Positions 37,392 through 53,863 of a DNA stretch of 64,000 nt are shown here, one piece after another; positions within the stretch are counted from its first letter, which is position 1; every line of letters starts with the position of its first letter. Under the pieces are notes generated by a model. That model was given only the letters and a program-made list of their open reading frames with translations. It searched no databases and had not been told where the DNA came from. This DNA comes from Protoeuglena noctilucae (lineage: Eukaryota), in assembly GCA_958009085.1 (NCBI GenBank), contig OY253683.1, forward strand, positions 248,001 through 312,000, read 5' to 3'. The position numbers and the translations under genes are program-made.

Positions 37392-37842
37392 GGCGGCAGA
37401 CCCCGTCCCTACCAGCCCCGTGTGGGCGTCGCCGGGCACCTACATGACCCGCATCCAGCTCTTGGTCAACAGATGAAGTGCGGAGAGCAAGTGAAGAATG
37501 CAGATAGCCCCAAGTGCGAAAGACAGGCGAGAAGTTTGCTTGCACCGGGGCATACACAGCTTGGGTTCCGGGTTTCGAGGCGCGTCGCGGGTGCGCGGTG
37601 GACCAGACTGTACGCGCGTGTGATGCGGAGGTCGCAGTGAGCGTGCGTGAGACGCTGGACGCTGAGAGAGCCATTGGATAGCTTTCCCCAAGCTCAGTGC
37701 CCGCCCGGCCTCCGCCCTGGCGACGCTATCGCCCGGCGCGAGCTCAGCGTCGCGATTCGTACTGCGGATGGCTTGTTTGTCTCGTCGCCTGTCGGAATCA
37801 ATCGCTGCTTTCGCTCGTTTTCGCGGCACGACTGGCTGGAGA

Positions 37843-41197
<3,355 letters not shown>

Positions 41198-41343
41198 ACG
41201 TGCAGCGATTCACGGCAGCAGTGCCCGGCGGTCCGAGACCGTCGGGGCGGAGGGCTGCGACTGGCCGGAGTGCCTTTGCATGCATGCCTAGAGCCTAGTC
41301 GGCCGTCGCCACTTGCAGCGCGTCCGCCCTCCCTGCGCGCGTG

Positions 41344-42725
41344 TCAGCTGTCCAAGTCAGCCACGCCGTCGTCGTAGGTCACGTCAGCCACGTTAGCGTC
41401 GTAAGCCTTGACGAACTGATCGAAGTCCACGCCGAGCTTGAGGTCGATGTGGCCGCCGCCGAGGAAGAAGAAAGAGGGCAACAGCTTCCTGCAGTGAAAA
41501 CAGACACCGACTCGATGGTGATTGCACCACTCGACCCGATGGGACCCCTCAACACAGTGCACTTCGTCCAACCCACGCCTGTTGAAAGGCCGATCAACAG
41601 ACACGCTAAGACCAGTGACGCACCCAATGCGATGGGACACCACGATGGGGACAGGGTGCGCCATGGCCACGGGGGTCACGCCGTTCTTGACGTAGCCCGT
41701 CAGCTCGTCCGACGCCTCCTCGGGCGCCAGGCGGAAGTTGAAGTGCTTCTGCAGGTGTGGAGACAAGGGACCATCGTTGGCGGGGTCGCGTGGGCGCACC
41801 ATCGCTTTCCAACAGCGTAGTGTGATGTGGTGTGATAAAAGCATGCCCAGACGGGGTCAGGAAGCCAGGCCTGGGGCCAGATGGTAGGACCAAACACTGC
41901 GTCGCTCGCCCGATCGCCTGTGAGATCTTGCGCTTGTTCAGGTCGTTGAAAACCAGCTTGGCCATCTTCTCGGCATTGAACCGAGCCACGTATTGCACCA
42001 CCACCGCATAGTACCGACTGTTGTTCCGGTCCTCGCACCCCTTGACCTCGGGTGAGGCCCGCGTGTTCTCCACGACAATGGTCTTGCACAGGTGGTGCAC
42101 GCTGAAGGCGTTCAGCACGTCCCGTCGCCACTCCAGAGGCTTCTCGTAGTAGTACGAGGGCACCCACGTAAGCCTGGCCTGCGAGCAGCCGACTGTACTT
42201 AGCCAGGGCCCTGGCACAGCTTATGCGACGCGCCGGAACTGCAAGGAGCGACGACTGCTCTGAGGGGCAACATATGCGATGTAGCGCACTCGCCTGGTGG
42301 ACCCCGTGCGCGCGCAAGTCCTTCGTCAGCCGCTCGACGAGAGCCGGATCCTGGTTCTCGTAGATCGTGGACGGGGCGCAGGGCACCTCCACCTCGGCAG
42401 GCGGCTCGTCCGTTGCAGGGACTTTGTACGGGCGAGGCTCGCTCGTCGACGGCCCGCAGATCCCGAGCCGATGCTCCACAGCTGCTATGGCAGCCAAGAC
42501 TTGTACTTGCCTGCGAGCGAGGGCCAGGGAGCCGCATCGGCGCCGGTTCTCGCGAGTTTGTCACCGTCCATCCTTTGGAATCCGTGCACGCACGCACCGG
42601 AGCGCGACATCCCTCGCCGCCGGTGGAAGTGTCTGAATGTCGTCACGTGCGTTGCGCAGGCCCAACAGCTTCTCCACTTTCCCGATTCGGGCGAGGACTG
42701 CCTCCTGCCGTGCCGCCAAGGCCAT
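41344..42725 (-). CDS. YbaK/aminoacyl-tRNA deacylase-domain protein
   Basis: VPSYYYEKPLEWRR..HLCKTIVVEN, VVQYVARF, FNFRLA..LTGY..NGVTP, FLGGGHIDLKL. Confidence 0.85.
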
Positions 42726-42926
42726 CTCCCGCAATTCTCGATATCCTTGCAGCTGTCTCTACACCCGTGCTTAACACACGCCGCTTCTACGCCCAAAACT
42801 CGATCGTATCTCTAACGTTACTGCGCAGAAAGGGGCCTTTTGCTGCCAGAAGCAATGGCTGTGGGAAGCGCAGACCCGCTGCGGCCCGATGGCCGTCGAT
42901 GGAAGGAGGACAACATGCACCATGCA

Positions 42927-43649
42927 TCAGAAACAGCACTCGCAATCGAAGGGGCACAAAGGCGTCTCTCCTGAGCCCGGCATGTTGATCTTGAGGTCGC
43001 CCTCCTTGTAGATGGGGAAACCCTCCTGCGAGCACCGGATTTTGCAAAGTTTTCCTCCCAAACAACTCTTGCTGATGAAGCCGCAGTCCATGCAAGCAGG
43101 CGCGTCACCTCAGTGCGGCCGCGCACTTCAGCCCCGCCCTCGCCAAACAGGTCGTCCTTCGACCCCTTCACTTTGGCTGGCCTGGGTTTCCCCTCTTGTC
43201 CTTGCCCACCCTCTCCGGCGCTTGTCGCAACCTCCTTCTGCTGCTGCTGCTTTTTCTTCCCTGAAAGCTCGAAGCGGACGGAAATGAGCGATGCCTGCCG
43301 GCAAGCAGGCATCAGCACCCGCGTCCCGGCCGCACCAGACGCGAAGATGTCGTCAATGTCCACAGATATCTTGGTCGTGCCGCCAGGAGCCTTTACAGTC
43401 CCCTTGCTCGGCTCCGCGGCGCCCTTTTCGCCTGCAGGCGAGCAAGCATGCGCACACTTGCCCGCAGCGCCTCCGCCTTCCTGTATATCCAAGCCCTTTT
43501 CGCAAATTCGTCACACCTTCCTTAGCAGCTTTGGAAACCCCACCCTTGGGCGCCTTGGTCGGCTTTGCTGGCTTCGCCACGCCGCCCACGACGCGGTGGG
43601 CGTCTGCCTTACCCCCCTGCGCCTTGCCGGCCTCCTTCGTGGAGCCCAT
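42927..43649 (-). CDS. DUF1764-family protein
   Basis: DIDDIF and C-terminal RTE|EGFPIYKE..GETPLCPFDCECCF*. Confidence 0.85.
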
Positions 43650-43897
43650 GACGCGCAAACCAGTCGCCTCTTGCAATGTGTCCCCAACAGAGGCGGGCCA
43701 AGCGACTCAAGCAGCTGCCAGGCGTCAGGCTCCTGGCAGCTGCGCTGACACGGGTCATTGGCGGACCAGCGGGCCAATAGGGCGTCAAGCGTGACTGCGG
43801 ATGGGTACAACTGACATTATGCCTCCTTCGCACGCTCTCTTCGCTCCGTCAAGCTCGTGCCTTGAAGTTGCAGGCCCATTTGCAAACACGCGGCACG

Positions 43898-46049
43898 ATG
43901 GCCGCCGTGCGCGTCGCGCACCTGCGGCGATGGCTCGCGGGCCCCGCCGTTGATCTTGCATCGAACCAACAGACGATGCGGTGGTCTTCGGGCGCGCAGT
44001 CCGAGTCCCTCGTCGATCAAATGGTGGCGTTCACACGGTGACAAAAGCCAGCGCCCGCCGGTCTGCCCGCCTCCCGTAGTTTCTCGTCCTCTCTCCATGT
44101 CATCTTCGCTCGTGTCTCTGCCTAGTGGCCAATCCGTGAGCCGAATGGTGCTATCATCGAGGAGCCGCAACGCGAACCTTGTCGCGACTGGGCCTGCTTG
44201 GCAATTCCCGCACGCAGGAGCCCCGAGCAGCGCTCGAACCCGACGATGGCGCAGGACATCCTCGAGGGCGGGATACGTCAGTGCGATGGCGACCCGGTCG
44301 CGTCGTGCCGCCTCAACGCGGCGCTTTCCGAGTTGCACGCCTTTCAAAGCCAATGGAAGCTCGCGGCCCTGCGCGCGACCGCCGCGATCGAGCAGGCGCA
44401 GCTCCCCACCTCGCGTCCCGGGGAGGAGTCGCCCGTGGCGGGGCCATCGGCGGCTGTCCGGCAGCAGGCTCTCATGCACGGCCTGTGGACCCGCCACGTG
44501 GCCCTCGTCGCCCTGGGCCAGGACGACCTGGCCCTCAGCAACGCTGCCACTGCGGTCGAGGCGGTGCAGCGGGGTATGGAATCCGCAGGAGGGTGAGGGA
44601 GCTTGTCAGCGCCCGTGCCTGAGTCCCATAGCACCGTGCCATCACTCGATCTATTGGCACCCACCGTGCCTCTTGGGCCAACGCAGCGCTCGTGTGCCGC
44701 TTTTTTTCCTCAGAGCCATGGAGATCGGGTTGGTGAGCTTGGAACGGGCGGGTGCGGTGGCCTTACGGGGCATGCACGCACACGCGCTGGCTTTGCATGG
44801 GGAGGTGGGACGCGCCAAGGAGGAGCTGAGTCAGGCCCTGACGCCTGGGGTCGACCGGACAGACTCCATTGTAGGGAGCAAGCTGGACGAGGTGCGTTGT
44901 TGGATAGTGCCGGCCCAGAGCTGGCTAACGCTATGCACAGATGCAGTGCAGATTCGTGCGCCATCCGCCACCATTCGTGCGTCCAGCTTCTCCCCGAGTT
45001 GCCTTCGGGGGCCCTCGCTCTCTTGGGTGGCTTGATGACCGTGGCCAACCCCGACGTTTCTGGCATCGCGGGTGTTGACCTCATCCAGATGGAGGCGAAG
45101 AGGGCCAAGGCGTCGCTGGACGCCGGGCCCAGCCCAGTGGCGGTCTTGGGGTCCGAGAGGGCCCTCAGGGCAGCGCTGGCAGAGGCGGGGGCGTCTCTGG
45201 CCCAGGTGCACACCGGCTATGCTATTGTGGGGTGCCATCGTTAGAGTGGGGTCACCGCAGTCCCCTCAGTTCCCTCGTTACTTTCCCAGGGTTTCGTTGG
45301 CCCATCCTTGGCTGCCTGCCCTCACCGCAGGTTCACATGCGGCAGCGTGAGTGGGCTGAGGCAGAGGCGTGCCTGGAGTGGGCACTGGAGAACGCAGAGA
45401 GAGCGTACGGCGACAAGCACCCGTCCACTGGCCTCGTCCTCGCCCTCACCGCGTGGATGTGCGTGCAGACGCAGCGGTTCGCTGTCGCCGAGTCCCTCTT
45501 CCTGTGAGTGTCTGCGAGCACCCTGCGGAACGTGCTTGCGTCGTTTGCGTGAAACGTGCTCAGCCTCCTGCGCTCATCTTTACCGCCATGCGCATGCACA
45601 GGAAGGCCGGGAAGCTCATGGGCATGCATCTGGAGGACTTCATGCACGGGCAGGACAGCCGAGTGTACGTGGGCCTGGTCAGCCATCGCTCGGCGGGGGC
45701 CTTTGTGCTGCACCGATATGGGGACATGCTCAGCCTCATCCAGCAGCGCGCCCACCACGGCGAGCGGCTCCATAACCTCGCGGACGCCCTGTGGACCGAG
45801 CAAGGCGAGGCCGGTGGGCGCAGGGGGCGAGACCCACCACCCCCCACACCCGTTCCAGACCCTACATGTGGTATCTAGTACCTGAGCTCCTCCATCCTTG
45901 CAGGCAACACGAAGGCCCCACCACTCAAGGATGCTCTACCCAAGGCCACGTCCCCCGCATCGCGCCCCCATCGCGCGCTCCTCCGCCTCACAGAGCAGCG
46001 CCTGCTGGTCGCCTTCCCTTTGCCACTGTTCGAGCCACCTCTGGCATGA
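43898..46049 (+). CDS. TPR-like helical repeat protein, probably mitochondrial
   Basis: R-rich presequence; repeats such as EWAEAEACLEWALENAERAYGDKHPSTG and RFAVAESLF. Confidence 0.65.
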
Positions 46050-46239
46050 GGCCCAAGGAACTCGATTGAGCCATTAAACCCGTTTGCAACGTCTGCCGCC
46101 CGAGGTTCAAAACCAACCCGAGCGAGGAGCAAAGCGCTGGCAAAGACGCCAGGACGAAAAATGAGCGGGTCGTCAGGAAATGACCCCAAAAACATCTGCA
46201 CCCAATTCGCTGCTACACAAACTCGGAACGACCAACCTC

Positions 46240-48835
46240 TCACTCTGCCCCCCCTCTCTTCCACAGCGCCGACAAGCGCTGCTGCCCTGCCGCTCCTGCC
46301 CGGCCCCGAGGGGCCCTGCCCCGTGCCCCACGCCCTCTGGCAACCCCGGTCCGCCCACCACCACCGGCCCGCGGCCCCGAGGAGGCGTTCGTGGCCACAG
46401 CTGTTAACGCCCCCTTGTTTGCCAGCTCCAACAGCCGCCGCTGCTCGTCCAAATCGACGCCCAGCTCGGCGGCCAACATTAAAACCTCCTCGTCAGCTCC
46501 CGCCAAGCTGCCGTCCCGCTCCACACACCCAAGTGACTGCTCCACTCCGTCGGCCTCGCCCTCTCCCTCCTCTCCCTCCACAGCACCCGGCGCGCCCTCT
46601 GTTCTCGCCGCCACAGGCCCATCCCGCTCCTCTGCCCCGTAGGGCGCCCCTCCCTCCACAACCGTCTCCACCGCACCTAAGCTCTCCCAGAACTCCTCCT
46701 CTGAGTCGGCACCCTGCTCAGAGCCGTGCATGGAATCATCACCGGATTCACCACCGGTGCCCTCCTCAGCACCGGTGCCCTCCTCTCGCCGCCACGGGCG
46801 CCCCGCGCTTTCGTGTCCCGACGACCGAGGGGCGCGTGCCGGCGGCGATTCGGACCCAAACACCTCCGCAAGCAGCGAAGCCTCGTCTTCCCGGCTCATC
46901 CCGTGCGCCGCACCCTCGCGCAGCCGCTCAACGACCGGACCCCCGCCGCCACTCTGTGGCGTCGACGCAGGCACATGCCCCGCCTCCACCACTCCCGACC
47001 CCCTGCCGCCCCCGTCCCCGCCCTCGGGCTCCCCGGCCAGCTCATGTGCCCGCCCATGCCCCGCAGAACCCCAACTGGCCCCCGCAGCGCCCCCATGACC
47101 CGGTTCCCCGCCTCCCTCGCCTCCCGCCCGGCGACCAGCACCCGGAGCAGCGGGCTTAACCAGGAACCGCTCCAGTGCTTCGCTGGCCTTTCGCTTCGCA
47201 GTTGGGCCCTTGATCGTCGAGGCAACGGCTGGGCCGGACCGCGGCTCCTCTCGGAGTGGCGCAGACGGCGCCCCGACCATGGCCGTGCCGCCCTCGGCAC
47301 CCCGCCCGGCGCCCGTCGACAGGAAGCGGGCCATGGCGGTGGGGACTTGGTTCCTTTCCACAAACTCGGTGGTGGAGAGGGCGAGGCGCGTGCACGGGAA
47401 CGCGTCCGCCGCGCAGTGGCGCTGGAAGGTGGCCCAGGCCGCGTCAGCGATGATCCCACAAAGAGCGCTCTCCTCGACACCCTCGGTGGCCTCGCGCGGG
47501 AACGGGCCCCGGCGGGACCGACCGTCGGGGCCACCTGCGCCGCCCAAACGCCGGTACTGGAGCACGAGGTTCTTGGGCCACCTGCAGCGGACATCAGAGC
47601 ACGTTTGCAACCAACATGGGCATGTGGACAGGACGTGTCGCCAGGGTGCGCCCCGCACCTGTGGTGCCGGTCGTGGTCATCGAGGATGCGCTCGGCCAGC
47701 TCCCGGCTGAGGACGCGCAGCCACCGCGCGACGTCGCCCCGGTCGTTCGTAGCTTGGAAGCTCTTGGCGGCCAGCATGCTCTTGGGAGCGCCCTTCTCTC
47801 GGACCTCGGAGCCACCCACGCCGCGAACGGCACGCGCAACCCAGGCCGCCGTGGCAGCGTCCATCACGCGCGTCAGCGCTCCCTCCGGCAGCGCCTGCAC
47901 CTCCCCCGCCGTGGAGCAACCCAGGGAGGCGAGGACGTCGCCCAGCTTGCCCCCGAGCCCACTAATCTTCTTCAGCGGCATGTCGCGCATCAGGCCGTCC
48001 ACCGCGCGCGCCGGCACCACCGTCTGCTGGTTGGGCTTGTGCATCGCCGACCCGATCTTGCTCAGGAGGCGGTTGTGGGAGATCCCCGCGCTGCACGTGA
48101 ACGAGAGCTCCTCGCGCATGGTGCCGCGGATCCGGGAGGCCAGCCAGGCCCCCACCGCCAGCCTCCGGTCATGCTCGAGGTCCGCCCGGAGCGGGCCCGC
48201 GAGGACGTGCGAGCCGAAGTTGTCCAGCGCGCCAGCGTCGTCCGCCTGGAGGGCCTCTGGGTGCAGGCCAGCGACGGCGTCCTCCACCAAGGCTGTGACA
48301 TCCACGTAGGCTTCGTCAATCGACGCGCGTTCGATCGGGCAACGAGGCCCGACCACGCGCGAGATGACCGCCATGACCTCGCGCGACGCCCTTCTGTATC
48401 GTTCGAGCGACACTTTCTCCGATCCGCGGTCCCGGCCCTGCGCAAGGCTCTGCAGAGAGTAGAACAAGGTTGTCGGAGTTCACGACCAATCGAAGCACGC
48501 GCGGGAACAGCGCAGGGACGCTGCGCTGTGCACCAATGCATCGTCGCTCAACGCACCGATGCGTCCCTGTCCTCATCGCCCTCGACGACCACTCCATTCT
48601 CGTCGATGGTTTGCACATGGACCAGTCGAATCTCCGGGCAGAGCCGGAGGGCTTCCTGAGCGGTGGCGTGCCGCTTGATGCCCCTTGCTCGTGCTGGGTA
48701 ATTCACCGCGATGAGCCCCTGCCATTGCTGCACCGCCAGCGGCACGTCTTGCGGGATGGCGAGTCGTCGATGCTCGACTTGGCAGTAGAAAGCATCCAGG
48801 TCGCAGTGGATCACCACGCGCGCGTCCTCCACCAT
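46240..48835 (-). CDS. POLH: Y-family DNA polymerase eta
   Basis: HCDLDAFYCQVE, AVQQW..IAVNYPAR, KVSLERYRRAS, SIDEAYVD, SAGISHN, HKPNQQT, GLGGKLG; C-terminal PIP-like QQRLSALW. Confidence 0.95.
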
Positions 48836-48976
48836 TTGCTGTGGCGGACAAGCAACCTGGCCAGCTGAAGGCCGGCCATTTCTTTCAAGCTGGATGGTGA
48901 TCGGTCACAGACTCTGGTCAGAGTTGCGCGGCTCTATTGTCGAATGAGCCCCCGAAGGACACGCAGGTATCTGTGG

Positions 48977-49013
48977 AGGGTCCTACCCACTGGCGCTGCA
49001 GCACAGCTGGCCC
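48977..49013. repeat. 37-bp dispersed repeat, copy 2
   Basis: agggtcctacccactggcgctgcagcacagctggccc; 35/37 identical to 147-183, same orientation. Confidence 0.8.
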
Positions 49014-49024
49014 TGAGGCCCATC

Positions 49025-51115
49025 CTACTTGACTGGAGCTTGGACGAGATCGATGAGCCAGTTGAGGTGCGCCCGCAGCTGGCGCGCTGCAGGGTACGAC
49101 ATGTCACGTGGTACCCCCACCCGGTCCCGCATGTACCCCAGGCTGGCTGGGACGGGCGAGGCGTCCAGGAAGCCCCCGCTGCCCCCACCGGCCCCGACTT
49201 GGATGGCAGCGGCGTCCACGCCCGCCAGCAGCGCATGGGCCACGTGCCTGAGCGCCGCGTCCACCTCTCGTGACTTGCTCAGGTCCGGCACCGCCGTCGG
49301 GTCTGCCAAGGGCGCTGCGTGACAGGGCACAGAGACACGTGTGTCAGCGTCCCCTGACGACTCCCCGCTTGGCGCGATGCACCATGGCCTCGTCTGCCAT
49401 CGCGCAGTCACCCATCACAGGCCTCGGTCCAGGCTTTCCCACGCCCCTGAGGCAGAACTTGACTACAGCCTCGTGGTTGCCCACCAGCCGCGCAGCTGCC
49501 TCGGTACGGTCCCTCTCTGGGTTGTCCCCGGGGCTCCACGCTTCCATGGACCGCTCTGCGTGTGGCCGAGTGTTGCTGACCATCGTTCGCACTCGTCAGC
49601 AAGTGAGACCCTCCTGAGCAGGCCACAGAGCGATGAGAGACGACTTGGGATGCGTTCGTCACCGGAGAGGGGCTCCAGGGGCAGGCACCACGCGCCAGGT
49701 GCCTGGCCGTCGATCGCCGCCGCAAAGGGCTCTCCCTCAGGCGTCATGCCGCAGCCCCCCAGCTGCGGCGGCAGGTCGTGCGAGTGCGTGAAGTGGTCCG
49801 AGCGCGTGCCCTGGTACGTCTCCCGGGCCTCCATCGCCCAGAACCAGGCCTGCGGGGAGGGCACGTGGCAGCCATTACAGCCAAGCGGCGCTCAGCCGAG
49901 CGGCACCAGCTCGCACGGGGGCATGCGCCTCACGTCCAAGTGGGGGTAGTCCCCGCCGCGCATCTGGAACCCCTTGTAGTACAGCAGGCTGGCGACCATG
50001 CGCTCGAGGAAGGGCGCAAACACGAGGTCCACCATGCTGATGCGGTCGCCCAGGAAGAAGGGCCCGGCACGCGGCTGCCAGTCCAGGCCGCCGGGCAGCG
50101 ACCCCGCCGCCGCCTGGCCGAGCGCCGCCTCCACCGTGTCGAGCCCGGCGCAGAACTGCTTGCGCATGGAGGCCTGCGGGGGACCCACGGGGAGCCTGGT
50201 GTGGCCTCCCCTGCATGACACACGCCAGCTCATGGCCAGCCTGGTGACCCTCAGATACAAAGGACGAGCCGTGCATTCGACATGGGCCTCACCTGGTTGT
50301 AATCCGAGCAGAGCCAGTTGAGCCACAGGCCGAAGAGGCGCCGCTCGAGGCGCAGGAGCTGGTCCGCGTGGTCCCTCAGCATCGTGCGTGGGGGCGGCAG
50401 CATGGCAGGGAAGCCCTCCTCGGGACCGTAGAGCTCCTCGATCAGCAACATGATCCGCTCCGACTCGGTGACGACCTTCCCATCGATCTCCAACACCGGC
50501 AGGAGGCCGCTCGGCACCTTGGCCATGAAGTCCTGCGGCTTGTCGCCGTAGCAGCGCATGTTGATCTTCTCGATCCTGAGGCCATGGGAGATGATCCGTC
50601 CGCATCGAAACGGGAGCGGTAGCCCGAAAGCATTAGAGACCTCGCGCCATGACAATGCCTCACCTGTAAGGCACGCGCTTCTCCTCGAGCAGCAGCCACA
50701 CTTTGTGGCAGTATGGGCACCAGGCCGCGTGGTCCCGGTAGAGCTTGATGCGCGGCTCCCCCTCGTGGCCGAAGGTCCGCAGCAGCGCCTTCGCATTCGT
50801 CGGGCCGGTGACGGGGTCCGTGTCCACGAACCCAGTAGCTGCGCGCCGATCCTCAAGAAGAGCACCCAGCGCCTCCCAGGACGGCGCATTGTCCGTAAAC
50901 GTCACTCTGGATGTCATCGCGGCGGTAGGCGTTGCTCTGGACCCGATCCGCGCGACGCTCCGGCCCTTGAGTGATGCTGAGGAGACGGCAGCGCCCTGAC
51001 GGAGACGGAAGCGGCCTGACGGCGGGCGGATAGCACCAGGGACGAGGTCCTTCCCGGAGCAGATGGCGGGCGCAGCGGGGGCCAAAATCCTCGCCAGCCC
51101 CAGGAGCCCACTCAT
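49025..51115 (-). CDS. Cys-type glutathione S-transferase (lambda/omega/DHAR-like) with a transit peptide
   Basis: [53 protein letters not shown]. Confidence 0.9.
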
Positions 51116-51467
51116 CGTAGCACGTGTGATCCCGCCAGCAGCGCCAACCGTGGACCGCCGGGGGAACGATAGGGTCAAGTACACCTTCCTGCTGAGAACA
51201 GGCAACCACACTCACCGCTCTATCAGAATCGTGGGCGGCATGGCCTGACGAGGGTGGCGCGTCAGTTTTCCACTTTTGGTCCCCTTCATTCACGCCCGCA
51301 TTGCCCTGTGCACGAGATGTGGAGTACTCTGCGCCAGCTATCTTTTACGAAGCCCCTGTCGCATGCACACACTGTTTAGCACACATCAGGCACCGCATCG
51401 CAGATAGGCCAGGCCAGGTCCCGAAACACACTGCACACAGCTCCCTGGGTTGCTGAATAGAAGGGGC

Positions 51468-52334
51468 ATGGTGGAGATCGAGCGAGAGCCCCTCGTCGCG
51501 CGGGGGATGGAGCGCGGGGCGCCCGGCGTTTCGGCCAGGTGGGCGCGGGGATGCCGTCGATCTCGGGCGTCTCGGTTCCGCAACGTGGACTTACGTGGTT
51601 GATCTCTGACCTGGCACCGTCTTGGCGCCCCTCCACGGCCGCAGCGACTATGTGCCCACTGGCATCTCGCGGGAGGAATACGAGCGCCTGAGGAAGAAAT
51701 ATCTGGGGACCTCGCCGGCGGGGTATGTGCACCAAGTGAGCGTGACGTCAGCCACGAGCTCGACGTCCATGCGCAGCGTATCTTGTGTGGCAGGCCAGGG
51801 AGGGGCATGCTTGGCATGACCTTTCTTGAAGAAGGGGGGGCGTTTTGGCGTCGCAGGTGCTGTGGATCCTGGGGGCGCTCTTCCTCATCTACTTTGGGAA
51901 CGGCTCGGCGGACCTGGTCAACCTGATGTTCCGAGACGTGCGGGTCATCGGGTGGGCGCGCGCCGGCTGGGCTGCGTGCTTCCTGGGCAACGTGGGAATC
52001 TACATCTACGTGTCCTGGATCCTCTGGGCCGTGCACAAGAGGGAAGTCGACTACGAGGAGGTACCCTGGAGCCTCCCCGTCGCTACGGTGCTCGGCTTCG
52101 GTGCCACGGGTTTCTTCTGCATCGCGCTGGTGAGCGCAGCGCGGGTGGTAGGACCGGGGGAAACGGTTTCGTTCGCACGCTCCAAGGAAAGCCACGCATC
52201 ACGTGCTCGGGTCCCCGCAGTGGCCCGTGTTCCACATCCTGGTCTTCCCCGTCTTCTACGTGCTCTTCATGGGGATGTTCATGGCGCTCACGCTCTTGCC
52301 TAGCGACGCCTCCGAGGGTGCCAAGGCAGATTAG
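51468..52334 (+). CDS. Small four-TM membrane protein (TMEM128-like)
   Basis: Four hydrophobic segments, with motifs DYE..WSLPVAT and IAL|WPVF. Confidence 0.6.
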
Positions 52335-52424
52335 GGAGTTAGGGTGGGTCCTACTTAAAACGTGTGTAGCAACCAACACACCTTGTGGCGACCAACAGCG
52401 TCGTTCTCGTGCCTAGATTGCCGC

Positions 52425-53693
52425 CTAGAAGCGCAGCCCCACGCGGCCGAGGACACTGCGGCCACGCCAGGAAGCTCGCCGCGTCGCACCGGCTACGGTC
52501 AGTTGCTTTGAACGCTGCATACCCCACCCCTGCCACGCCCCTCACCTGAGTAGCCGGTAGTAGAGTTTCTTGCTCTCGTGGCTGTCGCGGCCCTTGTCGA
52601 GGTACTTGGGAACCCTCCAGTCCTCCCCGTACCGCCAGACCAGGGCAGCCTCCGTGCGACCGGGGACAGGCAGGTCCCGGCCACGCCAGTGCTTGCAGCC
52701 GAGCGGGAAGACGAGGCGAGCGGGGATGCTGTTCTCCTCCCCGCGCCCGACGTCCAGGGACACCATGGCAGCCGCCGGCGTGTCCTCGGGGGCTCTGCGG
52801 AGACGTTGCACGGCACGTTGCAAATCCCTTGGTCAAGAACCCCGCGCGAGCCCTTTGCTGAGCAACTCACTTGAGACACGATGTCAGGAGATTGCGGGCC
52901 TCTTCGACGCGGGCCACGTCGCCCGGCTCCGGCGCCGCCCCCACACCGGCCACCCCCTCGCGCCCCTCCGCCCCCGGCTTCCCCCCGTCGCCCATGTACA
53001 GGTGCGCGCCGTACAGATCGAGCATCACGACCCCGAATAAGGTGACCCGGATCCACGTCTGTGAGGGGTCCTCGCTGGGGTGCACGTAGTCGACCCTGTA
53101 CTTGCTCCCGACGGCCGCCCGCAGCGCGTCGAGTATCGTGGGCCAGTGCGGGTCGACGACAACCACGTCCACGTCGTTGTCGTACTCGATCAGGTCGTTT
53201 TGCCTGCGCGGGTGGAGGTGGCGGGGGGCCTCGTCTCCCAAAGTGCTGCTGCAGGCGGATTGGCGCATCGGGGACCCCCGGGCGCCCCCAACCTCGCCTG
53301 TGCAGTCCCAGGAGCGTGCCGAAATCTATCCAGTACACAGAACCGAGGCGCTCCAGCACGGGCACGACGTCGAGGAGCATCTCGCGCAGCTGTCCCTGCC
53401 GGTACCCCGTGAAGACCTGCGGGATCGAAAGCTGGCGCTCTCGTGCGTCGAGAGGGGTCGAAGATGCTTGCGGCCCCGCAGCAGCCCGCGTCGCGTCACG
53501 CGTGCGCCCACTCCAGCACCACGAGGAAAGTCGCAAAGTGCATCCTCCGCCGACGGACCTTGGCGCCGACCCAGGACGCCGCGTAGAGCGCGACTGCAGC
53601 TGTTGCGGCGACGCCAGCCGGCACGAGGGCGGCATTGATCTTCTGCTCGCGCGCCAGCCCCCGCACGCCCTTCGCGCGCGTGACCCCCGGCAT
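52425..53693 (-). CDS. LicD/fukutin-family phosphotransferase
   Basis: YWIDFGTLLGLHR|QNDLIEYDNDVDV and C-terminal P..TEAALVWRYGEDWRVP; N-terminal hydrophobic stretch. Confidence 0.88.
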
Positions 53694-53863
53694 GGCGCTG
53701 CGTTCGCCGTATATCCGATGCGCTGAACCCGTTCGACAGCTCACAATCTCCAAAAAATGCTGGGACAGGGGTAATGGAGGCCTCGAGAGAGCCCTGACCG
53801 CGGATGCAGGCCGTTGGGCGAAAAAACGAGCGAAGTCGCGCGTGCGGGGCCTTGACTCGGTAT

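Noticed and set aside
46726..48309. 527-aa plus-strand ORF (and similar ORFs at 13859-14758 and 47616-48659)
   Set aside because: These are antisense shadows of POLH or the transposase and carry no motifs.
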